Positions 44,223 to 45,811 of a DNA stretch of 45,811 nt are shown here, one piece after another. Positions within the stretch are counted from its first letter, which is position 1, and each line of letters begins with the position of its first letter. The position numbers and the translations under genes are program-made. The notes under the pieces are model-generated. The model had not been told where the DNA came from, ran no database searches, and saw nothing but the letters and a program-made list of their open reading frames with translations. Source of the DNA: a virus (Duplodnaviria; Caudoviricetes); the IMG/VR virus record IMGVR_UViG_3300032212_000028, positions 1 through 45,811 of that record. One strand, written 5' to 3'.

Positions 44223-44270
44223 TTTATTCTCCTTTGTTGACCATATTCCCGATGTTAGGAAAATGGTTAA

Positions 44271-44371
44271 ATATTATAGGTTGGTGTGGCTAATAGGTGA
44301 TTTCCTTGTTAGCTGCTTCACCACCAAGCCCTAACCTAAATGGAGTATACTAACCACACCACCTATAATAT
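44271..44371 (-). ncRNA. Putative ~100 nt structured RNA
   Basis: ATATTATAGGTGGTGTGGTTAGTA pairs with TATTAGCCACACCAACCTATAATAT; G-U wobbles fall on the minus strand. Confidence 0.6.
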
Positions 44372-44379
44372 CTATTAAA

Positions 44380-44431
44380 CGGTTGCCTGTGTTAAGCTAA
44401 TAACTTAATCCGCACCACTGGATACAGGCAT
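44380..44431 (-). ncRNA. T-armless tRNA-like mini RNA
   Basis: TGCCTG/CAGGCA stem, TA, TCC-AGTGGTGC-GGA arm, TTAAG-TTATTAG-CTTAA arm. Confidence 0.45.
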
Positions 44432-44969
44432 CTCATTTTAAATCTTAAGGGCGTTACCCTTGCGTTTCATAATTTATCCCTCTTTTTGTGTTTTTTTATT
44501 AAATATTAACCGTTACCGTGAATTTTATTAGTCTCAATAACGCACCTTCGCCATAATTCATCGTTGCTTATTTCCTCGTCTATACATTGTATAAATAAAT
44601 CGCAAGCGTGAGCAGCATCTTTAACGCTTTTTAGCAAAAGCAGGTTTAGTTCCCTATCCTTTCTCTCGCACTCTTTAACAAGAGTATCAAAGCTTTCGTC
44701 TTTGTAGTTCATTTTATTGAATCCTATATTCTTTAAAAAATACGACACACCCCCAAGGAGTTAAGAGTGCGCCGCTAATGGTTCGCTAGTTGTTTCAGAG
44801 TTTGCTAGCGAATTCTTTTCATACTCATTATCTACGTTATATTGCATACAACAACCCAAACTACACACTGTTAGCTTTTCGTCATACGTTCTAACACATT
44901 CACCTGTTAGCATGTAATAATCGCATATAGGGCATTTTGGAGGTGTTTCTGGCTTATAGGTTGATATTG

Positions 44970-45326
44970 TCATTTACCTTCCTTATTTTGCAATACTTTT
45001 AATAAGCATTCAGCTAGTGCTCGTTGATCATTATCATTGGTTATTTCTATATCCCAACTTGGGCGTTGATAAGTGTCTGGGTGTGGATACCCAGACTCGA
45101 ACCCATCATCAAAGCCATAACAAGCAGAACCTTCAAAATAACTTATGTCATTCGCAATAACCAAGGGCATCAAATCATTCCAGTTATTGCAATAATCAGG
45201 ACAAATCTCTATATTAACTTTTGTCACTAACCTTAATTTTGACCCTTTCAATCCATGTCGTTCTATAAATTTTGCGTCTGGGTATAATTGTCTTGCGACC
45301 ATCATATTCAATTCATAATCAGTCAT
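44970..45326 (-). CDS. NinX-like protein
   Basis: MTDYELN..VA...PDYCNNWNDLMPLV....IS...RALAECLL. Confidence 0.7.
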   Translation of the reverse strand: MTDYELNMMVARQLYPDAKFIERHGLKGSKLRLVTKVNIEICPDYCNNWNDLMPLVIANDISYFEGSACYGFDDGFESGYPHPDTYQRPSWDIEITNDNDQRALAECLLKVLQNKEGK

Positions 45327-45712
45327 TTATCTATCCTCAATGGTTCAAATATGGCTTTGTAGTTTTCTTCTGCATATTTCTTTGTTTCAAAACAAAACCC
45401 CGCTTCAAATATACAATTATCTAATGCGGCATTTTCCCACCTAATTTTCACTACATATCCTGATTGCATGTCTGGCACAAAGTATTTTATCCCAATTTCA
45501 GGCTTAACCCTCAAGCAATCAGCAACTTCAATACCGTTGATTGTTCTTGTTTTCTTTTTGATGCGGTACTTTCTTCCTAAGTTAAAGGAACAAGTTTTAG
45601 GGAAATCCTCCCAAGCGAAATCCATATCACTTATGTAGTTTTTTACTTCGTGCTCAAAACCATTAAGCCTTTCAGTCCACAGTTTAATCATTCTTTTTGG
45701 TGGGTTAATCAT
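45323..45712 (-). CDS. Hypothetical phage protein
   Basis: YRIKKKTRTINGIEV...W.....D......G.CF.T...A motif. Confidence 0.65.
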   Translation of the reverse strand: MINPPKRMIKLWTERLNGFEHEVKNYISDMDFAWEDFPKTCSFNLGRKYRIKKKTRTINGIEVADCLRVKPEIGIKYFVPDMQSGYVVKIRWENAALDNCIFEAGFCFETKKYAEENYKAIFEPLRIDK

Positions 45713-45811
45713 TTTTTAACTCCTAAAAATTTGTTGATTTCTTCTTCTGAATACTCTGAAATAAAAAACATACAAGAAACCTCAATACATACGCCAACAA
45801 TAACAGAAATT
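45696..45811. repeat. Terminal direct repeat, right copy
   Basis: Identical to 1-116. Confidence 0.97.

Noticed and set aside
44438-44470. 10-codon leader peptide MKRKGNALKI before the second RNA island
   Set aside because: It has a plausible SD but is too short to support without conservation or ribosome profiling data.
565-45230. Plus-strand ORFs in the six-frame track
   Set aside because: Nearly all are antisense shadows of credible minus-strand genes or overlap RNA genes, with no recognisable motifs.
45696-45811. 116 bp terminal repeat as a biological DTR
   Set aside because: It cuts through coding sequence and looks like assembler circular overlap; the terminase type is more consistent with headful packaging. 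Read-end analysis would be needed to claim real termini.

Overview
Apparently complete ~45.7 kb siphovirus-type dsDNA phage genome. Bases 1-116 are repeated exactly at 45696-45811, indicating a circular assembly, and essentially all credible genes lie on the minus strand. A spanin pair and lysozyme point to a Gram-negative host. Read on the minus strand from the high end, the order is: small early genes; two clusters of structured non-coding RNA, one containing two tRNA-Ser; Dam methylase, YopX-HNH, ASCH and HTH genes; Sak/Rad52 annealase, SSB and nucleases; lysis cassette; an unusual ~8 kb operon of large Thr/Gly-rich repeat proteins; terminase, portal, head, neck and tail genes (with a -1 frameshifted chaperone); tail tip and tail spike. 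No DNA polymerase, helicase, primase or integrase is recognisable. The most notable items are the tRNA-mimic/ncRNA array (42285-42912 and 44237-44431), a ~300 nt rod-like hairpin near a DnaT-like gene, the 21188-29174 accessory structural operon, and small promoter-operator cassettes resembling anti-defence modules. All family calls come from motif recognition by eye, not database searches.
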